Shown here piece after piece: positions 50,172 through 60,845 of a stretch of 64,000 nucleotides of DNA. The notes under the pieces are model-generated. The model made no database searches. It saw nothing but the letters and a program-made list of their open reading frames with translations, and had not been told where the DNA came from. Source of the DNA: Promethearchaeia archaeon (lineage in GTDB: Archaea; Asgardarchaeota; Lokiarchaeia; Sigyniarchaeales; SOKP01); assembly GCA_046483985.1 (NCBI GenBank), contig JAWOCD010000016.1:34704-98703 (forward strand), given 5' to 3'. A program made the position numbers and the translations under genes. Each line of letters starts with the position of its first letter. The first letter of the stretch is position 1.

Positions 50172-50240
50172 AATTTGGTGAAGTATGGCTAACTTTTAGG
50201 ATACAATGTCAAGTCTTTACCATTGAACCCTTACCAAATT
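50172..50240 (-). promoter_or_regulatory. Long 3'-UTR hairpin; candidate Sec-insertion (SECIS-like) element
   Basis: AATTTGGT-AAG..ATGG..GACTT-loop-AAGTT..CCAT..CTT-ACCAAATT, directly after the stop of the UGA-containing gene and before a U-tract. Confidence 0.5.
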
Positions 50241-50718
50241 AATTATTTATTTGTTCAAGCATTGTGAATAACTCTTTATTTTCCGGAATATCCTTCATTG
50301 AATCCCCGTAATAGGCATACTGAATAATTCCATCTTTATCCACGATAAGGAGTCCCGGTAATCTTCCCAGTTTTAGCAGTTTTACTTCTTGATGTAGCAG
50401 TTCGGGCACCTCTTTGTCCGGATCATAATAGACTGGATATTTTCTCGTATATTTTTTCTCCATCTTTTTAGCATTCTCCTCGCTATCTGCTAAAATCGGA
50501 AAAAGTACGGTATTTAATTTCCTAAATTTATCCAGACCACGCCGTAAATGTGCGGCATGCCACCGGCAGTAAGGTCAGTGAATACTCCGGAATAATATAA
50601 TTACCACATTATTACCCTCTAAGTCTCTGATATTTACGGTTTCATTTCTGGAATTCGGTAATGAAAACTCTTGGATTCGCGTACCGACTAAATCAAACTT
50701 ATCTTTCATCATTCTCAT
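50239..50718 (-). CDS. Peroxiredoxin-like (AhpC/TSA) selenoprotein candidate with UxxC motif
   Basis: Continuous frame MRMMKDKFDLVG..EFSLPNS..VVIILFRSIH-TGA-PYC-RWH..ILAD..RLPGLLIVDKDGII; TGA at 50575-50577. Confidence 0.85.
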
Positions 50719-50785
50719 ATAAATTATAAGCACCCAAAGTTATTAAAAAAATAGATTATAAAAAAAAGAACGAATAAATTTATTT

Positions 50786-52351
50786 TTATAGGATGCTTAT
50801 TGATAAGGACGGGATTATTCCCAACACGCTCAAAACAATCCATATTATCGTTATGACTATTGGAAGAAGTATCAATATAATCCCTCTAATCGAATTTTTC
50901 AGCGTGACCTTATTTGAGAACAGTTCCTTTACTTGGAAATCCCTCTGCGTCTCTTCTTTGGGAAAATAAATCTCGAAGGTGTCGGTTTTCTTTCTGGATG
51001 CGGGTTGCTGTGCTGGAGTCACTCTGAGATAAGATAGGGGAAATATATAGATTACCCCAATCAGAATAAGGATTCCGACTATCACGATAAAATACAAGAT
51101 CGTAAAGAGATTCTCCGTGAAGAAATATCCCGGAAAGCTGAAAATATTGTAGAGCGTCCATACAATCTCCATAATTGGAAAGAAAAACCAGACATATTCG
51201 AGAAAGTGCGGTGTTCTTGGAGCATATATGGGGTCAATATCGCGTACTTGTGAATAGTACTCCACGGATACCCCAAAGATTCGGTTTTTCCGGACGATTG
51301 ATAAATTCCCGTCGTTTTGACTTACCTTTTGCTGAGAGAACCATCCATTCTGAACAATACCCACCAGGAAAAAGAATGCCGCCACAATAATGAAATAATC
51401 GATGGGAAATGTAAAGCCCATTAGGAAAAAATTGGGAATGAAGTGGGGGAAAAGCACGATCACTAAGAGGACCAGCCCAAACAGAAATGAATTACGAGGG
51501 AGATGGGAAAATTCCTTACTCTGAATTTTATCCTTCACCACTTCTGGATATTCTTCGGGTAATTTTCCCTGTTTACTTTCCTTATTCTCTTTCTCACCTT
51601 TCAACCGTAAAAACGGATTCATGTAATCTAAAGATATATCATTGTCCATTTTTTTCTCAATTTCAAAATCAACGTAGTCAAATTTTACCAGAGTCTCTGA
51701 AGTTTCTATTTTGCACAGTTTTCTCGGGAATAGGGTAAAAGGAAGTAAGATTCCCGCAATATAAAAAATATTTAGCAAGATAAACCAACGCATCGAGTAT
51801 TCCATCCCAAAAAAGGTGGTTTGAATATCGAATGTTGGGTCGAGAAAGTTCATAAAGTCGCTTAACAAGAACATCACATAGACCATGGTGGCAACCGTGA
51901 CCCAAATGACAAACCGCTGGTGGCGTTTCCCTAATGAAATGTGCTGGAGTTTATCTTTTATCCGAAAATCGATTTGCGTATCTAATAGGATATTTCCCCC
52001 CAATTCCTTAATATATCGTGCTTTGCCACCTTTGTACATGAGCAAGACGATTGCTCTTCCCGTGATAAGTGAGAAAGCAATAAATATTATCCCAATGACT
52101 AGGGGTAGGAGCCCAGCCGTTAAATAGAAGGTCAATGACCCTCCGAAGAAAAAGGTTGGCTTTCCCGAAAAATTGAAGGTTATTTGACCTAACTCTGGAT
52201 TGTAGAGCAATGGGATATTGATAATGGCCAATATAATAAAGAGAATACCGTTTAATATGGTCACTTTATTGAGCCGATGAAATCTTACTGAATATGCTAT
52301 ATCCTCGTCTAAATATTCCTTCTGGTTTTTGCTTTTGTCTGTTTTTTTCAT
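50786..52351 (-). CDS. Hypothetical multi-pass membrane protein
   Basis: 521 aa, about 9 TM segments; AGGTGA ribosome-binding site. Confidence 0.75.
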   Translation of the reverse strand: MKKTDKSKNQKEYLDEDIAYSVRFHRLNKVTILNGILFIILAIINIPLLYNPELGQITFNFSGKPTFFFGGSLTFYLTAGLLPLVIGIIFIAFSLITGRAIVLLMYKGGKARYIKELGGNILLDTQIDFRIKDKLQHISLGKRHQRFVIWVTVATMVYVMFLLSDFMNFLDPTFDIQTTFFGMEYSMRWFILLNIFYIAGILLPFTLFPRKLCKIETSETLVKFDYVDFEIEKKMDNDISLDYMNPFLRLKGEKENKESKQGKLPEEYPEVVKDKIQSKEFSHLPRNSFLFGLVLLVIVLFPHFIPNFFLMGFTFPIDYFIIVAAFFFLVGIVQNGWFSQQKVSQNDGNLSIVRKNRIFGVSVEYYSQVRDIDPIYAPRTPHFLEYVWFFFPIMEIVWTLYNIFSFPGYFFTENLFTILYFIVIVGILILIGVIYIFPLSYLRVTPAQQPASRKKTDTFEIYFPKEETQRDFQVKELFSNKVTLKNSIRGIILILLPIVITIIWIVLSVLGIIPSLSISIL

Positions 52352-52364
52352 TTATTTCACCTTC

Positions 52365-54155
52365 TTAGAGAATTTCAAGATATTTGGCCATCCAATAGAC
52401 GGAAAGATATTCGGGCCCCATGGGTACTTGTGTTGTTCCCGGATTGCTCTCAATCCCTTGGGTAGTTCTCACCGTAAATGAGCGACGCTGCCACATAATA
52501 TCCTCATCGTCGCGCATATCCACGGGCAGACTCGCGTTCAAGATCCCGTCGTCCTCTATATTTCTTCCTGCCATCCCTAACATGCTGGTAATCAAGTTGT
52601 CCGTGTCAGTCGTGGGCTCCCAATACCCGTAGTCAGGATAAGGGGTAATATATCCGCTCAAATTAATGGGTTGCTGATGCACATTCGGAAAGGTGTTCGG
52701 TGCAGTTGCAAAATAATAATTCCGATTAGGATATCGCTTCTTCGCATACCTAATCAAGCAATCCTTGATATCTCTTACTATAAAGTCCTTGACATAGTTC
52801 TCATCATTTGGCTTCTTGATATTTGCATTTTCCCAGATTTTCATATCTTCATCGTCTAAAGTTATCTGTTCGGGCGCAGCATACTGGTTATCGATATTGA
52901 AATCCGATTGACAGAGGAGATAGACAACATCAAAGTTTGCGTTGCGATGAAGTTTTGTAAAATCATGCAGCACGTTGAGCCATTGTTTGATATAAATCTC
53001 TTTTAAAACAGGATCCTCTTCCAGTAAAATTAAGGTTGGTGCGTTATTATAGAGAAAGTTACAGCCGTAGTAGGCATCAAATATTTTGGGTGTCAAATCA
53101 ACGCCCATTCTCATGGTTCGTCCAATACTAAAAGCCATTCCCCTGTCATAGGCGTACTTTTTATAGATTGGGCTCCATTTCTTTGGCTTCACTTGCTTGG
53201 CAGCCTGCAGAAAAGTGAGGATAGTCCCTCCCTCTTCCAATGGTCGTCCGGCAAGAAAATCCCCGGATGTATGTTGCATTCCGTCCGTGTCAATGATTCT
53301 CCAATTACAATCATACCAGTAACTCACGGTCTTATCAATGATACGTCCTGCTGTCTCCCTCAGCTCTGCATCGTCCACAAACGCATAAGTCATTGACAAC
53401 CCATAGATGATTCCGATGGACACATCTCGAGAGATATGTCGTGATAAGCTCCAGTTCATTCCCTTGTATTCCTCGATGTAATGGTCCTCGTGAGCCCAAT
53501 ATCCCGGAAATTTTGCTCGTGCTTTTTCTGTATCGGGTAGTGCATAGCGCACCAATGCCGAAGTGTCCGACACATTGCTAAGCAGATCATAGGCTTTTAC
53601 AATTTTCCAAATCCGATCTTTTGCTGCGGTCATGTTTCCCTCATTTCCATTCCGTTTTGCCCATGCGTATCGGAAGGCTTCTCCGGCGCAATAAACTCCC
53701 TCATAGAGGGCGGTATGTGCTCTATCTCCAGTATAGGTCATTAAGCTCTTATTATTATACGGAGAGCTCATGTTTAACGGCTTAAATGTATCTAACAACT
53801 GCGAATTGTTATAAAACGCAGCGTCAGGATCCACGGAGGAATAATCCCATGTAATGGATATCGGAGGATAATAATCCCATCCCTCTCCGGTCATATTATA
53901 GGGAATATGGTATCGCCCGATTAATTTTTCATAATTTTGGGCTCTACTATCCAAGAAGGAAATGTCAATATACTCCTCATCAATTAATGACGATTCTACG
54001 TCAAAGTCATTAAAAAACAAGTCAAATTCGTTCTTTGAGTTCATCATTGTCGTTAAAAACCACCCATAAACCCCGCCGAGTGCTATCACGGTGATGATAA
54101 AGATTCCCTTATAGAAACGTTCCCACGTAAAATTCTTATCTTTTCTTTGAAACAT
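52365..54155 (-). CDS. Hypothetical membrane-anchored extracellular protein
   Basis: Single N-terminal TM; aromatic/Asp-rich helical body (SRD, RNANFD, EYLSVYW); several NxS/T sequons. Confidence 0.75.
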   Translation of the reverse strand: MFQRKDKNFTWERFYKGIFIITVIALGGVYGWFLTTMMNSKNEFDLFFNDFDVESSLIDEEYIDISFLDSRAQNYEKLIGRYHIPYNMTGEGWDYYPPISITWDYSSVDPDAAFYNNSQLLDTFKPLNMSSPYNNKSLMTYTGDRAHTALYEGVYCAGEAFRYAWAKRNGNEGNMTAAKDRIWKIVKAYDLLSNVSDTSALVRYALPDTEKARAKFPGYWAHEDHYIEEYKGMNWSLSRHISRDVSIGIIYGLSMTYAFVDDAELRETAGRIIDKTVSYWYDCNWRIIDTDGMQHTSGDFLAGRPLEEGGTILTFLQAAKQVKPKKWSPIYKKYAYDRGMAFSIGRTMRMGVDLTPKIFDAYYGCNFLYNNAPTLILLEEDPVLKEIYIKQWLNVLHDFTKLHRNANFDVVYLLCQSDFNIDNQYAAPEQITLDDEDMKIWENANIKKPNDENYVKDFIVRDIKDCLIRYAKKRYPNRNYYFATAPNTFPNVHQQPINLSGYITPYPDYGYWEPTTDTDNLITSMLGMAGRNIEDDGILNASLPVDMRDDEDIMWQRRSFTVRTTQGIESNPGTTQVPMGPEYLSVYWMAKYLEIL

Positions 54156-54317
54156 ATTTCTCTCTCTCTTGTTATTTATATGTTTTAGAGTTCATTTTTT
54201 AATGGATTGTACTATTATTAATTTTTGTTAATTTAGTAAATAAATTTTCTAACTTTTCAATCGGTTTTACTTCATCAATAAAAAATTAATATCCGATAAT
54301 TATCATATAATATAATA

Positions 54318-56237
54318 ATGTCAGAAAAATCAGAAGAAAGATCACGATTGTTGGATAAATACAAGGATAAAGAGGTGTCGCTTACTAAGGCAATTAAAGA
54401 TTTCATTGACCCTGGCGATCGGATTTTTATTGGGTCGGGATGTGCGGAACCGTTAGAATTGACCAAGAAATTGACGGAACTAGGCCCCCAACTCCCAGAC
54501 GTGCAAATGATACATTTTCTCAATTTAAGCGATTTGGACTACTATAAAACCGTTGGAAGCGAAAAGGATGTTTTCAGACATAATGTATTCTTTATCGGAG
54601 AAAATTTACGTGAACCAATTGAGAAAGGCCAAGCAGATTATACCCCAATGTTATTGTCTGAAATTCCCGGATTATTCAAATCAGGACAAATTCATCTTGA
54701 TACTGCTCTGGTTAAAGTAAGCTCACCAGACAAATATGGTTTTTGTAGTTTTGGGACGAACGTTGATATTGTGAAACCTATTGCAGAAGAAGCTGAATAT
54801 GTGGTGGCAGAAATTAATCAAAATATGCCACGTACATTAGGAGACTCTTTTATTCATATGGATGATATTGATGCGTTTGTAAGGACCGATGCTCCTCCCA
54901 TTGAATTTTCATATGAACCGCCAGGAGGTGTTGCTCAAAAAGTAGGAAAATATGTTGCCTCGTTAATCGAAGATGAATCTACCATCCAAATGGGTATTGG
55001 ACAGATTCCTAACGCAGTGACAAAGGAGTTGATAGATAAAAAGGATTTAGGGGTTCATACCGAAGTCTTTTCCGAAGGAGTTGTAGATTTGGTGGAGGAG
55101 GGAGTTATTACATGCAAGAAAAAGACCCTACATAAAGGAAAAATCATTTGCTCCTTCGTGATGGGTTCCCAGCGATTGTACGATTTTGTTGACGATAATC
55201 CAATGGTGGAATTTCATCCCGTAGATTACGTGAATGATGTTACCATAATCAGTCAAAATAAAAAGCAAGTTGCCATTAATGCGGCTTTATCTGTAGATTT
55301 AACCGGACAAGTAAACTCAGACTCTATTGGTCATAGATTCTATAGCGGAATCGGTGGCCAAGTTGATTTTGTGAGAGGTGCAGGACGTGCTAAAGAGGGG
55401 AAACCAATTATGGTTCTTCCTTCCACGGCAAAATTAAAAGATGGAACAATCGTTTCTCGGATTGTACCGACTCTACAGCCTGGTTCGGGTGTAGTTATCA
55501 CCCGCGGAGACGTACATTATGTAGTAACAGAATGGGGGATTGCAGATTTATATGGGAAGAGTGTGAGGGAACGAGTTTTGCAATTGATCAATATAGCTCA
55601 CCCAGATTTCCGAGAAGAATTATTAGAGCATGCGAAAGAATGGAATTATGTGTATCAAGACCAGAAATTGCCGAAATCGATCGAGGGCCGTATCAGCATA
55701 TACCCTGAGAAATATGAAACCACTATCGAATTAGATAATGAAAAAGAGGTCCTTATCCGTCCTGTAAAACCGACAGACGAAAGAATGCTTCAAGAACTTC
55801 ATTACTCCTTGGATGATCAAGACCGTTATTATAGATTTTTCCAACCAGTAAAGAAATTTGGACATAAGAAGATTCAGCCTATGGTGAACATCGATTACTC
55901 AACCAGTATGATTCTGGTTGCGGTTAACAAAGAGGGAAGTGATAAGCAAATCATTGCGCAAGGAGCATTCTTTAAGACGAATCGCCCCTCGATGGGGGAA
56001 TTAGCGTTTATCGTGCATAAGGACTGGAGAGGACTAGGAATAACAAAATTCCTTCTTAATTATTTAGTCCAGATTGGAAGAGAACTTGGGTATAAAAAGT
56101 TCGGAGGAACTATTCTTTTAGATAATAAACCGATGCTTCATATCATTAATAATGCTCCTTACCCCATGACCTTAAAGAAGATTGAGTCTGGCGTGACTGA
56201 ATTCCAAATAGATATAACGAAAAAAGAGGAAAAATAA
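54318..56237 (+). CDS. Acetyl-CoA hydrolase/CoA-transferase fused to a C-terminal GNAT domain
   Basis: GCAEP, QMGIG.IP, HTE, YSGIGGQVDF, VVTEWG; IRPVKPTD, YYRFF, WRGLG. Confidence 0.9.
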   Translation: MSEKSEERSRLLDKYKDKEVSLTKAIKDFIDPGDRIFIGSGCAEPLELTKKLTELGPQLPDVQMIHFLNLSDLDYYKTVGSEKDVFRHNVFFIGENLREPIEKGQADYTPMLLSEIPGLFKSGQIHLDTALVKVSSPDKYGFCSFGTNVDIVKPIAEEAEYVVAEINQNMPRTLGDSFIHMDDIDAFVRTDAPPIEFSYEPPGGVAQKVGKYVASLIEDESTIQMGIGQIPNAVTKELIDKKDLGVHTEVFSEGVVDLVEEGVITCKKKTLHKGKIICSFVMGSQRLYDFVDDNPMVEFHPVDYVNDVTIISQNKKQVAINAALSVDLTGQVNSDSIGHRFYSGIGGQVDFVRGAGRAKEGKPIMVLPSTAKLKDGTIVSRIVPTLQPGSGVVITRGDVHYVVTEWGIADLYGKSVRERVLQLINIAHPDFREELLEHAKEWNYVYQDQKLPKSIEGRISIYPEKYETTIELDNEKEVLIRPVKPTDERMLQELHYSLDDQDRYYRFFQPVKKFGHKKIQPMVNIDYSTSMILVAVNKEGSDKQIIAQGAFFKTNRPSMGELAFIVHKDWRGLGITKFLLNYLVQIGRELGYKKFGGTILLDNKPMLHIINNAPYPMTLKKIESGVTEFQIDITKKEEK

Positions 56238-56392
56238 CCAAAGGATTTTTAAAAACTTATTCTCTTTTTTTCCATAAAGAAACTAAGATGTGGTGAAGGT
56301 ATTGGCAACATCACTCAGTGAAATTCCTTTGCTTAGATTATTTTTAATAATCATTAACTTCTTATGTCCATCTAAGTTATCTTTTATATCAC

Positions 56393-57253
56393 ATGCTCAT
56401 TAGTCAATTTCATAATTTTTTTCAAAAAGAAGGATTATCGGAGAAAGTTATTTCCACTTTTCGAGCTATAATTTATGGCTTTTATAGGCGATATGGGAGA
56501 GAATTTCCGTTCCGTGAAAAAATAACGCCATACAAGGTCCTCGTGTCAGAAATGATGTTGCAACAGACACAGACAAGTCGAGTCTCAGAAAAGTTTTTAG
56601 CCTTTATTGAACTTTTTCCTTCCTTCAAGGATCTTGCTAATGCACCGCTTTCTGATGTATTATGTGCATGGCAAGGATTAGGCTACAATAGACGGGCGAA
56701 GGCCTTGAAAAAGATTGCTGAGCGAGTTTTTAAAAAGCATAATGGGGAACTCCCCTTTGATTATGAAACCCTTAAGAGTTTCCCTCATATCGGTAAGGCA
56801 ACCGCATCTTCCATTCGTGCGTTTGCATTCAATATTCCGAATGCTTTTATAGAAACAAATATCCGCCGAGTTTATTTATACTTCTTTTTTCCAGGAAAAC
56901 GAAATATAAAAGATGAAGATATTTATCCCATAGTGGAAGCCACACTAGATGAAAAAAATCCCCGGAAATGGTATTATGCATTAATGGATTATGGAGTTAT
57001 GCTTAAGAAGAAGTTTCCCAACTTAAATAAAAGGAGTGCTAAATACCGAAAGCAAAAATCTTTTAAGGGGTCCAACCGGGAAATCCGTGGAAAATTACTT
57101 AAATTTTTTTTGAAAGAACCAAAAGCGACGCTTTCACAGCTAACCAGAAAGTTGGGAACGAAAAAATCGAGATTGGAACAAATTTTGGAAGATCTCTTAA
57201 ACGAAGGGTTCATAGTAAAAACAGATGATGGCTTTCAGATAAAGCAAGATTAG
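56393..57253 (+). CDS. mutY: A/G-specific adenine glycosylase-like (HhH-GPD, short form)
   Basis: VSEMMLQQT, WQGLGYNRRA, HIGKATA, ETNIRRV, ALMDYG. Confidence 0.85.
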   Translation: MLISQFHNFFQKEGLSEKVISTFRAIIYGFYRRYGREFPFREKITPYKVLVSEMMLQQTQTSRVSEKFLAFIELFPSFKDLANAPLSDVLCAWQGLGYNRRAKALKKIAERVFKKHNGELPFDYETLKSFPHIGKATASSIRAFAFNIPNAFIETNIRRVYLYFFFPGKRNIKDEDIYPIVEATLDEKNPRKWYYALMDYGVMLKKKFPNLNKRSAKYRKQKSFKGSNREIRGKLLKFFLKEPKATLSQLTRKLGTKKSRLEQILEDLLNEGFIVKTDDGFQIKQD

Positions 57254-57268
57254 AATGAACTTACTAAA

Positions 57269-58549
57269 TCAGCCATTATTCTTCTTCCTAAAATATTCAG
57301 AGATTTTTAATGCCAACTTCTCTTGCTTCCGCCAGTTTCCGTACAAATTTCCATGATAATTAATATTCTGCAATTTTTTCTTTAGGTTTTTATCTAACTT
57401 TGACGCTTTTTTTGTTTCAAAAGGGGTTTGCGGTAAGGGGATAAAAGTATGTGCGTGTATTCGCCCACCAAGTTTGATTAAATCCTCCATTACATGAATG
57501 GTTTGTTTAATGTCTTCGGTTTTTTCAGGGGGAAGTCCAAAAATAAAATCAATATTCGCTTGTAACCCCATTTTATTAGTTATTTTAACAGCTTCATAAA
57601 TATTCTCAACTGTGTGACCACGATTGCATAAATCCAATATTTTCTGGCTTCCAGATTGAGCACCAATTATTATATTATCATTATCACCATATTTTTTAAT
57701 CAAGGCGAGTGTCTTTTTGCAAACGTGCTCAGGTCGTACTTCTGAAGGGAATGAACCGAAGAATATACGTCCAGATTCTCCGATTATTTTTTTGACTCGT
57801 TTCAGCAATTCTTCTACTTTTTCGAGATTTAGTTCTTTCCCGTCCTTGGATCCATAAGCAAATGCGTTTGGGGTGATGAATCGAATGTCTGTAAGATTTT
57901 CGTTCTCTAAGATGGTAATGTATTTACAAATCTCTTCGATACTTCTATGCCGTGGTTTTTTCCCACAGAGAAAAGATGTTTGGCAAAAATAGCACATATA
58001 GGGGCATCCACGGGTTATTTCTATTGGACCATAATTAGTATGCTCCAATGGAAAAGGAGGATATTTATCCAAATCGAGATATGATCGCTGACCAGTATAT
58101 ATATATCTGTTGTGATCATCAAAAAAACTGATCCCTTTAATTTGATCCTTCTCTTTTCCATTTTTGATGGATTTTATAAGTTCCGGAAAAGTTTTTTCTC
58201 CTTCTCCATGAACCACAAAATCAAAACCCATTTCGAGAGTACCCTTCGGATCTCCGGTGGGATGAGATCCTCCGGCGATAGCTATAATTTTATCCCCCAC
58301 CGTCCTTTTTATTTTCCCAATTAGTTTTTTGACCTCCCATAACTGCGGAGTAAAAAAACTGAAGAGTAAAAAGCTTTCTTGGGAAGTTTTTGTGCATTTT
58401 TTTAATGTTTTGATTAGTTTTCCTTTCTTTTCAATTACAAAGAAATTACTCTTCTTAAGTTTCTCATCTTTCTCTGCCGCTGCGATGAGAGCGTTCATAC
58501 TGTAACGATTTTGGGGACAGTAATAAAAGATCAAGTTCATTTTATTCAA
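57269..58549 (-). CDS. B12-binding domain radical SAM protein
   Basis: AGGSHPT, GEGE, EITRGCPYMCYFCQ, FPSEVRP. Confidence 0.9.
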   Translation of the reverse strand: MNKMNLIFYYCPQNRYSMNALIAAAEKDEKLKKSNFFVIEKKGKLIKTLKKCTKTSQESFLLFSFFTPQLWEVKKLIGKIKRTVGDKIIAIAGGSHPTGDPKGTLEMGFDFVVHGEGEKTFPELIKSIKNGKEKDQIKGISFFDDHNRYIYTGQRSYLDLDKYPPFPLEHTNYGPIEITRGCPYMCYFCQTSFLCGKKPRHRSIEEICKYITILENENLTDIRFITPNAFAYGSKDGKELNLEKVEELLKRVKKIIGESGRIFFGSFPSEVRPEHVCKKTLALIKKYGDNDNIIIGAQSGSQKILDLCNRGHTVENIYEAVKITNKMGLQANIDFIFGLPPEKTEDIKQTIHVMEDLIKLGGRIHAHTFIPLPQTPFETKKASKLDKNLKKKLQNINYHGNLYGNWRKQEKLALKISEYFRKKNNG

Positions 58550-58656
58550 TTTTTTATGTTATTAGAAGAAATTTAAATTAATTCTTAAATTTAAAACCAA
58601 AAACATATATTGATAGAAATTAATTAAAATTTAATTAAATTATTAAAGTGAATTAA

Positions 58657-59124
58657 ATGACATTATTAAATTGGCTTGTTGCCACCGATATTGACGAAGT
58701 TGGCATTAGTGCTTTCGATTTTTACAGCATAGGGCATATATGTTTTGGATTAGGAGCACTTTTGTTTTTCTCCTTGTTCTATTTAATTCCCAAATACCAT
58801 GAGAACGACCCGATTTTTCCCCTCTGGTTAGTGTTTGTTTTAACCATGACTGTGCTTATCGCTTGGGAATTCTTTGAGAATCTAGTCCTCATAGAGTTAG
58901 GACTCAAGTTTGAGAATAGGGCAGATAGTCCCATAAACATTACTACCGATATCATTCTTGGTACCATTGGAGCAGCAGTTAATACAGTTGCTGCGTACGA
59001 GGTCGATAAAAAGAACCAGCATTACAAGCTGTATTACTTGGAAGGCTTAATTGCATTTGGAATTTGGGTTGTAGTCTTCGTTATTCTGAGATTTTTCACA
59101 TATTGGGCTTCTGCTTTCTACTAA
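58657..59124 (+). CDS. Small membrane protein
   Basis: D.YSIGH, WEFFEN, DS..N...D motifs; four TM segments. Confidence 0.75.
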   Translation: MTLLNWLVATDIDEVGISAFDFYSIGHICFGLGALLFFSLFYLIPKYHENDPIFPLWLVFVLTMTVLIAWEFFENLVLIELGLKFENRADSPINITTDIILGTIGAAVNTVAAYEVDKKNQHYKLYYLEGLIAFGIWVVVFVILRFFTYWASAFY

Positions 59125-59369
59125 TCTATTTAACCTCTTTTTTTTCTTATTCGCTTATGTGACTTAGGTTTTTTGTTGTTCACGCATCGTGCATTTACTA
59201 AGAAAAATAAGATCATCCCTTATTATGCTTTTGGATTTATTATTATTACTATTTGTTTATCTTCGTTATCCTTCGCTATGCAAGATATTTTGCTGGAACA
59301 TTTATATAATACGATCTCTTCTCCTTGACATTTCTTGGAAGTTAAAAAAAAATAAAATGAAGAATAAGA

Positions 59370-60845
59370 TTAAGATGTTTCCTCTTCTTCCTTTAGATTT
59401 TCAAGATACTTTCGCCGTTTCTTTTGATGGATTTTATGGATCTCTTGTTTTTTTTTTTGCCATTCTTCTCCTTCTAATGGGAAAAAATACAACGCAATTA
59501 ATCCTATGGTCAAACATAGTGTTGGGATTAGGGTAAAAGCAAAGATTACTCCTGTACCCACGGAAACTGGTTGTTCTGAAGGGGGAGGTGCTGGTATCCC
59601 TGCGCCAGGAGACTGCTGAAAGCCAAAAAAGGACATAATGACTAAGAATAAAGCCCTTCCAATTGAAACCGCTGGTTTTGTTATTAGAGCATTTACTCCA
59701 GAATAGGTTGTTTCTCTTCTTTTTCCAGTCAAGATTTCATCGTGATCTATACAGTCGCCCATGAGCGGTTGACTTAATAGCATAAATCCTACATACCCAA
59801 ATACGACAGCTGCTAATGGACCAAATAATATTATAAAAGGCATTTTATTTTTTTGATTTATTCCTAAACCAACTCCCATAACTAAAAGTACGAGAAATCC
59901 CACTATCGACACGATTCCCCCCAAAAACATTAATCGTTTTATCCCATATTTTTCAATATTAGAGGTGAGCCACCAGATTGATAACCCTAATATCGCAATC
60001 AGAATAAGAAGCGCGATTATATTCACGGAATTAATGACAACTTTTACCACGTAATCAAAAAGAAAGATGAAATACCCTTGTATAACTTGCGTCATTATTG
60101 CACTGGCAAAAATTGTAATCTCTGCTATTAGAAAAGGTTTATTCTTAAATGTTTCCGTTATGCTCTCGAAAAACCCCAAGCTCTCTTCCATCACCGTGTA
60201 CCGGTTTTCTTGAATATAAAAACTTGCCAAATATATTATCAGTCCCGCCGCTATTCCACTAATCACCATCGTGATCCGAAATGCTCCCACGTTCAGAATT
60301 TCTCCTTGTAAAAAGATCAAGGGAACTATAATATTGCCGACGGTTCCTAAAGCTCCCAAAGCAGTCGAATATACCATAATTTTCCCTCTTTCTTTTTGAG
60401 TTACTGCCATTTCTGCGGGTAACGAATAGAAAATGAGCCCCATCATACTATATACCGTGTCGAAAACATAAAGCATTAACAAGTGATTCCAAAAAAGCAA
60501 TTGTTGTTGGTTTACGAAGGGAAACCAGATCCAAATAAAGGTAATTACATAGATAATGGATCCGTAGCGAAGATAGGGTATCCGTCTGCCTATATCTGTT
60601 TTTGTTTTATCTTGTAGAATACCAATTAAAGGGTCGTTCACCATATTCCACACAATGAATAAAACCCATGATAGTGCCATCAAAGAAGGGTCTGCGCCCA
60701 ATACTTTGAGATAAAATACATCTATTGCCCCTAACCCAATTCCTGAAAGATACATATGTGCGGAATTTCCAATTCCATATCCCAGCTTTGCGCTTACTGG
60801 TACTTCTTCGTCAATAACCAATTCTTGTTCTTTCTTGTCTAGCAT
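59370..60845 (-). CDS. MFS transporter, GPH family
   Basis: WNMVNDPLIG, GRRIPY, DHDEILTGKRRETTYSG; paralog of 4038-5570. Confidence 0.9.
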   Translation of the reverse strand: MLDKKEQELVIDEEVPVSAKLGYGIGNSAHMYLSGIGLGAIDVFYLKVLGADPSLMALSWVLFIVWNMVNDPLIGILQDKTKTDIGRRIPYLRYGSIIYVITFIWIWFPFVNQQQLLFWNHLLMLYVFDTVYSMMGLIFYSLPAEMAVTQKERGKIMVYSTALGALGTVGNIIVPLIFLQGEILNVGAFRITMVISGIAAGLIIYLASFYIQENRYTVMEESLGFFESITETFKNKPFLIAEITIFASAIMTQVIQGYFIFLFDYVVKVVINSVNIIALLILIAILGLSIWWLTSNIEKYGIKRLMFLGGIVSIVGFLVLLVMGVGLGINQKNKMPFIILFGPLAAVVFGYVGFMLLSQPLMGDCIDHDEILTGKRRETTYSGVNALITKPAVSIGRALFLVIMSFFGFQQSPGAGIPAPPPSEQPVSVGTGVIFAFTLIPTLCLTIGLIALYFFPLEGEEWQKKKQEIHKIHQKKRRKYLENLKEEEETS

